From NCBI GenBank assembly GCA_026026165.1, contig JAPEUD010000007.1:62001-126000 (forward strand): 64,000 bases of DNA, read 5' to 3'. The translations under genes were made by a program, and so were the position numbers. Under the pieces are notes generated by a model. The model was not told the DNA's origin, searched no databases, and saw nothing but the letters and a program-made list of their open reading frames with translations. Of this stretch, positions 12,163 through 25,306 are shown in pieces. This DNA is from Sarea resinae (lineage: Eukaryota). Each line of letters begins with the position of its first letter. Positions within the stretch are counted from its first letter, which is position 1.

Positions 12163-14632
12163 TCAATCAACAACTCCGAACACATACCTCCTGCAGGCCT
12201 GACGAAGCAGCGTAGTCAGCATCTCTAGTCTGGAAGGGGCGATCTGAAAGCTTACTGCTTTGAGAACGTCAATCTGTTGGGATGTCCTGACAAAAACTTC
12301 CCTATATTGCTCCAGGCTTTCCTGGACGACGTCATTCCTGCTTTTCCTCCCCGCACAGATTTCTTTCATTTTCAGTTCCATCTGTTCGTCGTACGTCAAC
12401 TTGGAGCATGATACAAATCTACTAAAAGCGTCACTCACCTCTTTTCTGAGAAATGGTTTGCTAAGGCTTACGTCAAATCCAACGTTGTCGTAGCCAACGA
12501 TAAGTGCAACTCCAAGGGTGCTAGGGATGAACACTTGCGTCTGGTTGCCGCCTTCTCGGGAGGCCGTCTGAGCTCCACGTCCGGCACCTCGATCCATACC
12601 CCCTCTATTCGCTCTATTCGCTCTGCCACCTCTACCACCTCGACGACCTCCACGGACCTCTGCCCCATCACCATCACTCCCAGCACGGCGCCCTCCACTA
12701 GACTGAGTCATCACATATTCACGTTCCTTGATCTTCGCTATGTGTTCCGCCATCGTGGCATCTGTGCCTATGCCATTTGCATCCATTAAAGAGATGAGTT
12801 CTGGCTCGGTGAGGTAACCAGGGGGACTGGTTTTCCCTTCTGTCATGTTGGCCTCAGTAGGCTCAAATGTCTCTCCTGAGGTGAAGCGTGGTAGCTGCTG
12901 GCTGCTCTCCCATTTTTCGTAGGGGTAGACATCCAGATAGTTTCGTTCCAAGACCAAGAGTCCATTTGCGTGGAATTTCTCTTCTCCATACTCAATTTCA
13001 ACTGTCGTCATTTCGCCTTTAGCATCCTCCGAACAGCAGGCTAGGAATCGTCGAACGACGAATTCATACACTCGACGCTCATCGTTATTGAGCTTGTCGG
13101 GAGTTACATAGATGACAGGATGGATGGGTGGATGGGCATGGTCATTGTTGCGTCCCGATCGAGGCTGCTTGAAATTTCCGTTGTAAAGGCTATAGAATAT
13201 TAGCTGAGTCCAAAGCATATCTCTCTCAAACTGGCCGGCGTACTCTTGAGCAAAATTACCCCAACGGCTATCGTGGACCTGTTTCTCTACAAGCTTCCGT
13301 AGATCCATGTCTTTGTCAAATTGATCGGTCTCAGTCCGAGGATAGCTAATGAACCCTTTCGTATAGAGGTCCTCAGCAATCTGCCCTGGTCAGCATCCGA
13401 TATCCAAGAGACCTGTGTTGTCTCAATATAAGCCCTTACCTTCATGACTCTCTGGCTGTCCATATGCAAAAACCTGCTGCCATTCTTCTGAAGCTCAACA
13501 GTGGTCAATGGCAGAGGCTTCCACTTCGAAGTTGGCTTCTTTTGCATTTTTGACACCTTGGCCGTACGAGCTGTTAGACACCGTTCAAAGATGACGGTCA
13601 CTACCATCCTGTCAAAAAGGTGGACCCGATCCCAGAGAAAGTGGACATCGATCTCTTCTCGCCGATGAACGACCTTGATTGCCCAAAAGTTCTCCGGTTT
13701 AAAATTCTTCACACGAAAATATCGATCGACGACGAAGCCGAGCGTGGGGAATTGACATGATCCTATTCAAATCGAGTCAGAAGAAATTGCAGATCATTTA
13801 GCTGAGTTGTTAAAACCATAGCTGATGACTCCTTCTTGTAGCTGGGCGCCCAAGGTCTGAAGACTGAGCGTCTGCATCCTAGTAAAGGCAGCGCCAATGC
13901 GCAAATCCAGTTCGATTCTAGCGGCAACTGCATTGGCTTGAAGATCATCGAGGTTCACAGGGCGTCTTGCCGCTTGCATAACATGACTGGATGTAAATGT
14001 CAGCATATTGACTCCAAGAGCAGAAATCGTGACACGGACGCCCGTTCTATATTGCTGAATTTTGCCCTTTTGACTTCAAGTCGCGGATTGGCCTTGAGTG
14101 CGATCTTCCTGATCTCCGTGCCGATATGCTCACCCTCACGGTCACAATCGGTCCAAATGAACAGCGCCTTGGCATGACGTGCTTGCTGTTCTATGTTCTT
14201 GGCTATAGGCTGCTTATCCTACAAGTACTCGAATGCGTAAATATCTGGCGAAGCTGCTACCTGTGGCGAGGCGATATGTGCTCACCTTCTCAACAAAGCT
14301 CACCAGGGGAGCCTCGAACAACTGCCCTGGCGCGCAACTTTTCCACGATCGATAACGTTCTTCAAATTCTAGTCGATCGATATGGCCGGCGACGCTGGTC
14401 ATAGTCACCGCGCATTGCCCCCAGGGGGGGCCAAAATCAAAATTGAAGTCGTAGTTTTTCACCCAGTTGATTCCAGCCACATTGCGCTAGATTGAATCAG
14501 CAACGATGATCTGAAGGAGTCAATCTGGTGTTTTTATTGCCTCACCGGTGGAGCATGCCCTCCCGAGAGATGCTGGGCAACGGCCTTGGCTATAGATGGC
14601 TTTTCAGCTACGCAGAGCACTTTCACAACCAT
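12163..14632 (-). CDS. TOP3: DNA topoisomerase III (type IA), multi-exon
   Basis: Starts MVVKVLCVAEKPSIAKAVA (TOPRIM); contains MTSVAGH, IWTDCDREGEHIG, SYGSCQFPTLGF, catalytic GFISYPRTETD, AHPPIHP and GIGTDAT; ends ACRRYVFGVVD. Confidence 0.96.
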
Positions 14633-15304
14633 CTCAACGGCAGATGACACCGCAGTCCGAGTTTTGCAGATGCGTGCCTTTGAGTTCTCATGGCCACGGA
14701 CAATATGAGTCGCTCGATGGACTAGAGGGCGAAAGTGTTGAGCTAGAGCTAGAGCTGGGACATGATGAAAGCGTCATGTGTGGAAACACCAGCAGTAGCG
14801 GGCAAACGTGTTGTTGCTATTCTGGCGAGCTTTGGCGCGACCTTTCGCGTTCGATGTCCAGAGTCTATCTACTACAGTAATCTCTGGATCTACGCAGGAC
14901 TGGAACACTGACAGTAATCGCCAGCCACAGCAATTCTAAACCCATTGAACAACGATATGTGAACCATCGAAGGGGCCCCCGAGGGCATTCGAGATGTGCT
15001 ATTTAGTCTTGGATACTTTACGGAGGAGTAGAGTAGGCATCCATCTAGGTATGGATCCATGGATGGATCTCGCTAGATCTTGGACGGAATAACGAATTTC
15101 CTGCATTGTGTATGAGCGTCATCGACGTGCATAATTCCATTCTCGTCTGTCAATGTTTGTCTGTGCACCGGCCAGCGCTGTCTCTCGACCTCACCTCTCA
15201 GCTACAAGACCTATTCAGTCTTGTGGCCGCCACCGAAAAGGAACAGCATCATCCCACGACAATAGCGGTCTCTCTCGAACTGCGTGTTTCGTGTCTCGTG
15301 TCTC

Positions 15305-16603
15305 ATGTCTCTACCCGCCGTTAAAGAACTCGCGGACTGCGCCGACTTCGGCCGGACAGTGGCCGCCTACCTGCCGCAGCTCTTCGGATTGCCCAGCCAA
15401 ATCCTCGAGCACCTCTCGAGTCCGGCCGACCTCAAGCAGATCTACCTTGCCACCAATCCATTCGTCTCCGCACTCGCGCTCTCGCTGCTTCTCGCACCTC
15501 TGTTTCTCGTCGTTTCGGAAATCAACAGGAATTACTCGCAGGTGGATCGGCTGTGGAGCTTGCTGCCGACTCTGTATAATGCCCATTATGTGACGTGGGC
15601 GCATATGGCGGGCCTGCCGACGAACAGGCTCGACAATCTGATCGCCTTCAGCACCATCTGGAGTGTAAGGACTTCTGGATAATCTCCTCCGTCCGCAATG
15701 ACTGACGTTTGCAGTTGCGTCTCACATTCAACTACTGGCGAAAGGGCGGATATTCGATTGGCTCCGAGGACTATCGGTGGGCCATCGTCAAACAGAAGGT
15801 TCCTGCCGCCGTCTTCTTCATTTTCAACGTAGTCTTCATCTCCTTGATTCAAAGCGTAAGTTCCACGTCCTACAGCTACGCTACCTATGATGCTGAGCTG
15901 ACACCTTCACAAGCTCCTATTGATGGCGATCACGGCCCCAACCTACATCATGGTTCTAGCCTCCAGGCTCACAGGAGACGGGTTCACAACCGCCGACCTC
16001 GTATTCTCGCGAGGACTGATCTTGCTGGTCATTGCAGAGCTATTCGCCGACCAGCAGCAGTGGAGTAAGATCTCAACATGACTCATGCATCTGCCCGGCC
16101 ACGCAAGCTGACAGTCCACACCTCCAGGTTTCCAGCAAGCCAAGAAGCAATACCAGGCAACGGCCAAGGTTCCCGTCGGATACGAGCAAGCCGACCTCGA
16201 CCGCGGCTTCGTAGTGACGGGACTGTGGTCCTTCAGCCGGCATCCGAACTTCGCCGCCGAGCAAGCCATCTGGGCACTGGTCTACCAATGGGCCGTCTAC
16301 ACCACCGACACCTATTTCAACTGGACCATCGTCGGCGCCTTCTCATACCTGCTGCTCTTCCAGGGCTCGACCTGGCTGACCGAGCTGATCTCCGCCCAGA
16401 AGTATCCCGAGTATACGGAATACCAACAGCGCGTGCCGAAGTTTCTGCCAAAAGTGAGCGCGCTCTTTGGCGCTGATGCCGTGGACGACAAGACCACGCT
16501 ACCACCACCGCCGCCGCCGTCGTCTTCATCCTCATCGTCCGTTGTCGGCACCACGACGGAGAAGGAGAAGAAGAAAGCATCTCAGAAAGCGAGGAGGAGA
16601 TAA
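15305..16603 (+). CDS. DUF1295 / steroid 5-alpha-reductase-like membrane protein, 4 exons
   Basis: NYSQVDRLWSLLP, RLTFNYWRKGGY..EDYRW, ADQQQW, GLWSFSRHPNFAAEQ, STWLTELISAQKYPEYTEYQQRV after splicing three GT-AG introns. Confidence 0.9.
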
Positions 16604-17141
16604 AGAGATTTGTGTTTTTTGGGTTTGTTCAACGCAAGCATGTTCTCAAATCAGATATGAAACATTTTTGTCGTGTATTTTCGGTATCGTGGTGGATGCT
16701 TTGAACCGAAACCGTCGGGCCTGAGCAGATATATCTTAAGAATAATAATCGCAATACCCTCCCTCCCTCTCCCCCCCCCTCTCTCTCCTTCTGTCCTCTT
16801 TCTGACAATTATCCTCCTCCCCATCCTCCTCCCCTTCGCCGGCGTCACCGCCATGATCGTAAACCAGGTTTACAGGTACACAAGCCCCAAAACGCCCAAA
16901 CACCCAAACACTCAAACAGGCGCCACACCGCACAACAGAAATCCCTATTGCATACACTAGGTATATGCACTCGGACTCCCACCATCCTATATCCCTGTCC
17001 TATTCCTATCCTATCCTACCCTATCTATCAGATAGGAAATCCTTTCTCTTCTCACTTCCCGTTCTCCCTTTCTCTCCTGATCTGATATAGGACATGGGAT
17101 ATAAGATTATCTAGCTATGTAGACATGTCGACAGTTAGACA

Positions 17142-17300
17142 TCTCTCTCTCTCTCTCTCTCTCTCTCTTTCACACTCACACACACACAGAGAGAGAGAGG
17201 TGTCCGCAGAGAGACAGACACAGACAAGCTCAGTCACACAGTCACAGAGAGAGAGACAGTCACAGAGAGAGACACGGGCACACATAGACACAGAGAGGAG
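17142..17300. repeat. Compound (TC)n/(CA)n/(GA)n microsatellite tract between convergent genes
   Basis: Read directly. Confidence 0.85.
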
Positions 17301-17726
17301 ATAGTAGTACTATGGTTCAACTAATTGGACAAAATATCATCCGTAGAGTAAGATAGATGGCCGTTTCCGTCCCACATCCACGTCCACATCCACGTCCAGA
17401 TATCTCCATTGATCGATCCTTAAATGAATGCATGCATGCACGCAGCAGCAGCAGCAGCAACAGCGGTAGAGTAAGAAAAGAACCCTAAGGGTCCTTTTTT
17501 CAAGACATGCAATATATATACAGCTGCTCTATTGACGATATGGGGGGGGGGAAGGAGAGGCTCGGTAACAGGAGAGGCTCGGTAACATGAGAAGAGCGTC
17601 TTGGAATGAAAAGGGAAAATACAAAGGCCCCCATCCTCCCCAAGCTGAGCCAGGCCAGGCCCGGCTCTGCCTTGCCCTGCCCTGCCCTAGCCTGCCTACC
17701 CAGCTATTCAGCTTTTCAGCAACTCA

Positions 17727-20464
17727 TCATGCCGGATTGGGCATCTCAGGTGGGGAATCCTCGGTCCGCTCCGACGGGAAAGGCGGCGGGGCCTCAGTCG
17801 GGGGCACGCCACCAAAGTATTTGGTGAAGTCCTTGTTATCCTCAAAGGGGCGCTTGCCCAGGATCCGAACGAGGTCGTCGCGCGTGAGCACCTCCTTTGC
17901 GAGAAGCTCCTCGGCCACCTTGCCGACCTCGGCTTTCTTCTCCGTCAGCAGGTCGCGGCATTGGATGTAGGCCTCGTCGACGATGCGCCGCACTTCCGAG
18001 TCGATGTTCTTGGCCGTCTCCTCGCTGAACGGCTTGTGCAGCTTCTGGTCTTCCTCTTCAAAGTACAGATAGCCGATCTTGTTGGACATTCCCCACTTCG
18101 TGACCATGGCCGTCGCCATGCGGGTCACTTTGTTGAAGTCGTCGCTGGCGCCGCTAGTCACGGTATCGAAATGGAGTTCTTCAGACACGCGACCCCCTAG
18201 TGTCATGGCCATGCGGTCCATGAGTTGGTTGACGTTCATCAAGTAAGTGTCGCCAGAGGGAAGGTACTGCGCGTAGCCCAAGGCACCTTGCCCACGCGGG
18301 ATGATGGAAACCTTGAGGAAAGGATCCGCGTACTTGAAGTACCAGCCACAGATGGCGTGGCCAGCCTCGTGATACGCAACCGTCCTCTTCTCTTCAGGGG
18401 TGAGAACCAGAGACTTCTTCTCAAGACCTCCAATGACTCGCTCGATAGCTTGCTCGAAGTGAGTCATTGCGACTTTGTCGGCACTGGTACGTGCAGCTAG
18501 AATACCGTTATTAGCAGAGACTTGGAGAAAACTGGAGACTGAAAATTACCTATCAGGGCAGCCTCATTAACGCAATTAGCAATGTCAGCCCCAGAGAATC
18601 CAGGGGTGAGAGCAGCAAGCCGCCCAGCCAAAAAGTCCATATTCTCACTAGTCACGATCTTTCCGAGATGCACTAAGAAGATCTGTTTGCGTCCATCCAT
18701 CGTCGGCCGGTCAATGGCGATGTGCCTGTCGAAGCGACCAGGACGCATGAGAGCCTTATCAAGCACATCCGGCCTATTTGTACCAGCAAGGACCACAACT
18801 TGCTCAGACGTGTTGAAACCATCCATCTCCGTCAGGATTTGATTGAGTGTGCTTTCTCTTTCATCGTTTCCGCCTCCAAAGTTTTGTTTCGCTCGGGACT
18901 TTCCAATTGCATCAATCTCATCAATGAAAATGATGCAGGGGGTATTCTTTCTCGCGTTCGCAAAGAGGTCTCGCACTCTGGAAGGGCCAACACCAACAAA
19001 CATCTCCACAAATTCGGACCCGCTTACGCTGAAGAACGGCACCTGCGACTCTCCGGCGGTTGCTTTGGCCAAAAGAGTCTTACCTGTACCGGGGGGACCA
19101 GATAAGATTGCTCCTCGTGGGATTTTAGCGCCAAGCTTTTGATACTGCTCGGGCGTTTTTAAGAAGCTAACAAACTCCATGATCTCCTGCTTCGCCTCGT
19201 CCATCCCAGCAACATCCCGGAACTTGACCTTGATGTCAGTCTCGTGGTTGAACTTCTTCGCCCGACTCTTGCCAATGCCGAATATTCCGCTCTGGCCACC
19301 AGCGCCGCTAGATGCGCGACGTGAGAGCCAAAATACGGCACCGATGAGTAGGAGCGTAGGCCCGAAAGACAAAATTGTAGTGAACCATGAGATCTCATCC
19401 GTGTATGCGACTGGGATGCGCTCGGAACTGGGGATGCCGAGCTCCTTCTGCGCATCATCTAGTTTTCGCTCAAACGCCTCGACAGAGCCGATGCTGAAGT
19501 AATAGTGGAAGCCCCCTTGCACTGCTGGTGATTCTGGATACATTTGTGCCACAGACTCGCGATGAAGGTCGACTCTCACCCGCTGGCGGTTGACTACCGT
19601 GAGTTTGTCGACGAGGCCCTTGTCAAAGAAAGTCGTCCTGAATTCCTGCCAGGTAATCTCTCTTGAGTTTTCTCCAGGAACCATCATTCGGTAGAGGAGG
19701 TAGGCAACAAACGCGGAGATAAGAAAAGTTCCCGTGTCAATTTTGATGTCGACGAACTTGAAGTTTTCATCTTTCTTGTCGCCGTCCTTTGATCGCGAAC
19801 GCTTTCCACCAGGTGGTGGAGGAGACGCGCCTTTGTGGGAGCTCTCTGGTTCTTGCGCCGCTTTTGTGTCATTCTCAACGGCCCTCCTAGCCATTTGAGA
19901 CGTCATACGAACCAATTTTGCGGCCGTACCAAGATCCAACGGCGCACCACCTTTCAAGCTATCCATGATGTCTCTCATCTCCGTAGGGATGCCTTCCTTT
20001 TTCAGCGACGTGAAAGCTCTGTCGATATCCTTGGCCTGATCCGCTGGCAGACCCTTCTTCAATCTCGACATCAAGTCATCCAGAGCCTTCTCTTCGGATG
20101 CAGAAAGCTTCGAGTTCCCCGACGCCCCATCATCCTTTCCGCCCGAAGGGGGGGGCGAAAGAGGGTTGCCACTGTTGTAGAAACCCTCAAAGCCTTGAGG
20201 CGCCTTTCCCGGTTGCTTTTGGCCATCCTTCTCTACCGACTTCTCATTCTTCTTTGATCCTTCATCTTTTCCATCCTTGTCGTCCTTTGGGTCTTTTGGG
20301 TCACCAGGGTTGACGGTGGCATAATTCCTCGTTCGCTGACAGGTGAGCCTGGACGCTATCGATTTGCTGTTGAAACGAGGAGCAGCATATGAGCGGGAGA
20401 CGTTTTGGACGGCAGATCTAGAGACGCTAGCAAGACTGCCTGATCGTCGAATGAAGGTGCTCAT
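17727..20464 (-). CDS. AFG3: Mitochondrial inner-membrane m-AAA metalloprotease (Afg3/Yta12, FtsH family), 2 exons
   Basis: Arg/Ser-rich presequence [17 protein letters not shown], two TM segments, Walker A GPPGTGKT, Walker [27 protein letters not shown] zinc motif; one short intron near 18497-18550. Confidence 0.96.
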
Positions 20465-21207
20465 GATAGATGAAGTTAGGAGGCCGGTGGCGATTCGACG
20501 GTAACTCGTGTGAGCCACACGGCTTTGCCACGGGAAGAAAAGAAATTCAAAGTCTGCTGGTGATGCTGCTATGAAGGAACGGTAAGAGGATGATCTAGGG
20601 AAAAGGAAGATGTGTGATGGCAAAGTTCTGAGGCCCAACTCTACAGATGAAATGTGATAATTGAGCCGACTGAGAGAGAGGGCAGGGCAAAGTAGGTAAG
20701 GTAGGAGGCAGTTACTCGATGGCCAGATGAATGACGACTTCGAATATTGGGGCCTGTCGTTTACCGAACTCGGTCGAAATGCACCAGTGGAGTTCACGGC
20801 AGCTGTGAGGGAAAAGTCTTGGCGGAAACTTGCCCAGCCGAGAGAGCGAGCGCCGTTCTGACTAACCCCCTCGGCTGACTAATCGGACATATTTACTCGG
20901 AGCACCCTCCGTGAGCCGCCTACTGCTAGCCTCTATCAATCACTGGGAAACAAAGCACTGGCTATCTTCAAGCTGAGAATGTTGAGAATCATATGTTCAG
21001 AATCCCATCACCGCTAGACGACCTATGCATTATTGATACACCTCCCAATTAGGAGTCGACTCCGTTGCTGCTGCCCGACGATCCTAACGCCAACCCGCAG
21101 AAATGCTATGACATGAAAGAACCACAACACCGGATGTGTAAAACCCCATATCAAAGCGAGAGCTCCTGAAACGGCCGCTCTAGAGCATCTGTCCAACTGT
21201 AATTGCA

Positions 21208-24200
21208 CTACTGTTGGCCAGGGTGCTGCCGTTGCTGGTGCTGCTGCTGTTGCGCTTGTATCACTTCCTCATGCTCGAATGATGGGTATGCGCCTATTCC
21301 CGTCATATCAGCCCAGTCCCACTCTAATGTCATCGGCATCTGCCAGAGATCCTGAGGCACGAAAGGCTGGTGTATTGGGCCCATATTCATTGACGAGGAG
21401 ACTCCATTCGAATATTGCTGCATATCAGCGAGATCCGGAGCCAGATTGTTCGAGTTTGCAAGCAAGTGATTGACATCTCCGGAACTAGCCTCCGGTAACC
21501 ACGGCATTTCTGGGTTTTGGTTCACGTTGAAGCCATTTACTGGCTGGTTAAAAGCCTAGAAAGTACTGAGAATTAGCTGAGCCCTTGCGCAAAGAGATCG
21601 CGAGGTGATGCTTACCTGATGATTGAAATCTGTTGGAAAGCCAGGATTGAACAGTTCCGCGGGAGTATTAGCATTGTCGGCCACTGGAGAGCGAGTTGTG
21701 GTTGGCTGAGCGGCTGTCTGCTGCATCCTTATCTGGTCTTTCTCATCATTGCTCTTCCGTTTCCTCTTCGTCGACGACTCTTTGTCCGCTTTGTCCAGCA
21801 CGACTTTTGCTATCCGCTCAAACTCCGAACAGACCTTCAGCATACGCTTAGTACCAGTCTGTGTCGTTTCATCATTACAGAGTTTGCTGAGAAACTTGAC
21901 AACTGATTCCATAAGTCTAACATCGGAACGAGCTCTAGCATCCTGAGGATTTTGAAGGATGTTGGCAAATAGAGTCACCAATGCAGATACCGGGAAGTAA
22001 AGAACCAGCCTAGAACGTTAGCGGTAGCTCTGATTAAGCAAGTAGATGATACTAACCAGACACAAGCATAATCTCCTTGCGGGATGTACTTGATCAAGTG
22101 TATCGACGCTCGCGCCGCAGACACGCACAAAGCGGCTGAAGAGAACACTCGCGGATTGAGTGGTCTCGCGTTCAGACCTTGAATTGCGTAGTTTGAGAGA
22201 CGGCTCGTCCAGTACCCGTGGTGGACCGACATCCTGTGGATTGTCGTAAGGCAGTTGTAGTAAGCAAAGTGCAGGACGACAATGTGAAGTATCAGAGGGG
22301 TATGCCAAGCTTGAATCTCATGCTCCGGCCTGAAGTCAAGTGGTATGCTCTCTTTCCACCTCTCAAGCTCATGATCGAGATCGCCGATAGTGTTGAGAAG
22401 CTCGCCATCTGATTGCTTGGAGGCTTTGGTGGAGTAAAGTTGCTTATAAACCTTGCTCTCAATTATCGCAAAAGAGCACATTAGCCTGAAGAGATTAGTC
22501 TTCCCTTTCCCATCTGCGAGAGGAATATTTCCAATGTTGTCTTCCGGGTCATCACTAGGTAATTCGACGTTCATATCATCGTCATCTTGAGCTGGAGGTC
22601 GTCCTGAACGAAGGCAAATGCTGTACAACATTAGCAAATATGGGAACCCATCATACTGAGGCCACTCACTCCTTGTCAAGCATGTATCCGATCCAGAACA
22701 CACGCTTACGTTGCTCGATTTCGACCTCATTGAGATTAAAACCGGAACCCCGCTTGTGCAAACCAATACTATGTGAAAGTCTGATTGCAGCAGCTACTAA
22801 AAAGAATGTGGGTTGAGGATTAGGAGTGCCTTGTAGAAAGAGGGCCTGGTTATCAACGTCAGTGTATGTAGTAGAACATTCTAAGCGAGCATAAATACCA
22901 TTCCCAGCATAGCTTGGACACTGAGAAGATCAGTGTTTCGCATAGTCAGTTCCGCCAAGACCCCGAGGGCATTCTTCAAGAATCCCCATGCTTTCTGATC
23001 CTCGTCTTGAGGTACAAGATTACTCATGACTCGCAATCGATGAGCTATTGCGAGTGCAACATTCAAACTAGCCCACCACCCCGAACCTTCATAAGGATCC
23101 CGCGAATAGTGTTTCTCGACCAGATGCATAAACGTTGGCTCGTGAAACAGAGGGAACATGCAGTTGAAATTCTCGAAGAAGTCTTTAAGTAACGAGAGCG
23201 TCTCATCTTTTGGGGGGAGGGGCTTGAACACTCGGCGGACGAATATGTCGCTAAATATCTCCGGCTTCCAATATATCCATTTGTTGTCATCAACCGAGGC
23301 GGAGGAAATCATATCCTGGAATGATGTGTCGCCCGTCTTCTCGTTGACCCATTGGATGCCCTTCGGAGAGAAGATGGAGAAGCCAGACGACGAGCCTACC
23401 GGTGTCAGTGCTGACGATCTACTTAATCGTTTGGGATTCACAAAGCTTACCAATATATCGAGTCTCACCGCAATTGTTGGTGACCAACGAGCACATCATG
23501 TCTGAAAGAGCTTCCACTTCCTCCTCATTCTCCTTGGGAGGCTCTGGTGAGGCAGTCGCAGCACTTCGTGGACTTGACACGTTCCGTTGTTGAGGCGTGT
23601 TGTGGTATGATTCTGATGACGAGCGCCGAGGGGCAGAATTCGATCGATCTGATAGTTTCGAGGATACCGCACTATTGCTGACACTCTTATCGGCGAGTCG
23701 TTTCTCCAACGTTCCGAGATCCGTCTTTCCTCGATCGTCCTCAGACAGCAGTCCAGAAAGCTTCAGCAGTGATTCCATCCGCCCTAGACGGTTTTCGAGA
23801 CCTTCAATGTACTTGGCCCTAGACAAAAATGAGTTTCATTCTCATCGCACTTCCACGACGCAGACATACCCTTTCGGTGGATTCCGCTTCTTCTCTCCTC
23901 TTGTGAATATACATTCCGTCTTGTAATTTATACAATGTGTACACGATGGCAACTTCCCGTCACATTTTATCTTTTTCTTCCTGCACATGTCGCACGCCTA
24001 TTCCCCAAGTCAGCTCCGGCTCACAGGTCGTTCAACGAAGCTCTTCCTCACTCTTGCGATCCTCCGTCTCTTCGGGTCGTTGCTCTCGTCACCCATCAAG
24101 CTGCCTTGATCCTGAGTAAAGATCGGTCCAGGTAAGGTCGCAGTCACCGGAGAGCCATCCGACGAGTAGCTGCCAAAGATCTGGGGCGGTGGGTTCATCA

Positions 24201-24258
24201 GCGGCGGCGGTGGCGGTTGTCGCGATGGCCCATCCCGGCCGAATGATGGTGCTGCCAT
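21208..24258 (-). CDS. atrR: Zn2Cys6 transcription factor, AtrR-type (ABC transporter / sterol / azole regulator), multi-exon
   Basis: Spliced N-terminus [71 protein letters not shown] matches Aspergillus AtrR as I recall it; fungal TF middle homology region ([20 protein letters not shown]); C-terminal [19 protein letters not shown]. Confidence 0.88.
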
Positions 24259-25288
24259 CTAGCAGGGCGCTGGGAGGGCAGGCCAAGCAATTGAAACCCG
24301 TGGGAGGATGACGCAGACGTGTGAAAGGGAAGCGCGACCGCTGGGTCAGGGATGTCGCAGTACAGTCGGTACGAACTGAGATGCGTATTATTCCTTGGAG
24401 TTGATGATGACAGACGCGCGAGCGAGGCGATACCAGGGGACGGGAGGTAGGTAGGGAATAGCCGTGATGGTCTCTCTGATCGGCTCAACCTTTTTCTCTC
24501 CCTCGGGGCGACCACTGACGTTGGGGAAGAAGCACCACCGTGGGGAAGAAGTTCGTCGACAAGGATGATGAAGTAAAAGGGAATTACGTCGTCCTTGCCC
24601 TCGCCTTTCTTTTTTTTCCCAAGTCCCTTCTTTGAGAGCGCTACTATGATATAATACAACAGCAAAAAGGCAGAAGCCGAGGGGCAAATCCAGAAAGGAA
24701 CAGGCAGGCCTCGATCAAATTAGCAGCAGCAGCTGGCGGCAGCGGCTGTGAGCGATAGGGCCTGGAGGGTGATGAATAATTAAATCGGTGAAGAGGTAAG
24801 GTACGGATAGTTGGGACGAGACGTATCCTCCACTGCGCAGTACGATACTCTAGAGTACGGAGAACTTCGGACTATGGTACTATGAAGTACTGAATGGTAG
24901 GTAGGTAGGTACCAGGTCAGGTAGAGAGCGAACGGTACTGACTTTGCAAGATTCCGATTTGTACAATTAAGGTAAGGTAGGTAGGTAGTCATGACGGAAT
25001 GAGCAAGGCGGGCGCCCAAGCGTCTTTGGGCCCACCACCAAGTGAAAGGATTATGCAGCGAAGATATGGGATGGATGAGAGTCGCAAGGTCAGAGGACTG
25101 CGGAAAGATACTTTCATCGACCTGTGAGCGTGACCGTCAGGTACCTTACTCGTAGTCTCTCGAGTCCAGGCGGGGGGATGACAAAGGGATTCGACGGTCT
25201 TAGGAGGTGGACGGTGGATGGAAAGGTGCATTCAAGACGACTTTCGGCAACTCGGATTTACCACAACTTTATTCATCGACCTAAAGTC

Positions 25289-25306
25289 CGGACACGCTTC
25301 AGACCG
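25289..25306. promoter_or_regulatory. Candidate AtrR response element CGG-N12-CCG about 1 kb upstream of atrR
   Basis: Sequence CGG ACACGCTTCAGA CCG; spacer counted as 12 nt. Function inferred only. Confidence 0.4.

Noticed and set aside
17553..17587. Two-copy tandem duplication of GGAGAGGCTCGGTAACA in the AFG3 3' region
   Set aside because: Ordinary slippage duplication with no sign of function.
20465..20797. 111-codon in-frame extension upstream of the AFG3 ATG from a GTG
   Set aside because: ATG 20464 already begins a typical mitochondrial presequence; the extension is CT-rich leader sequence.
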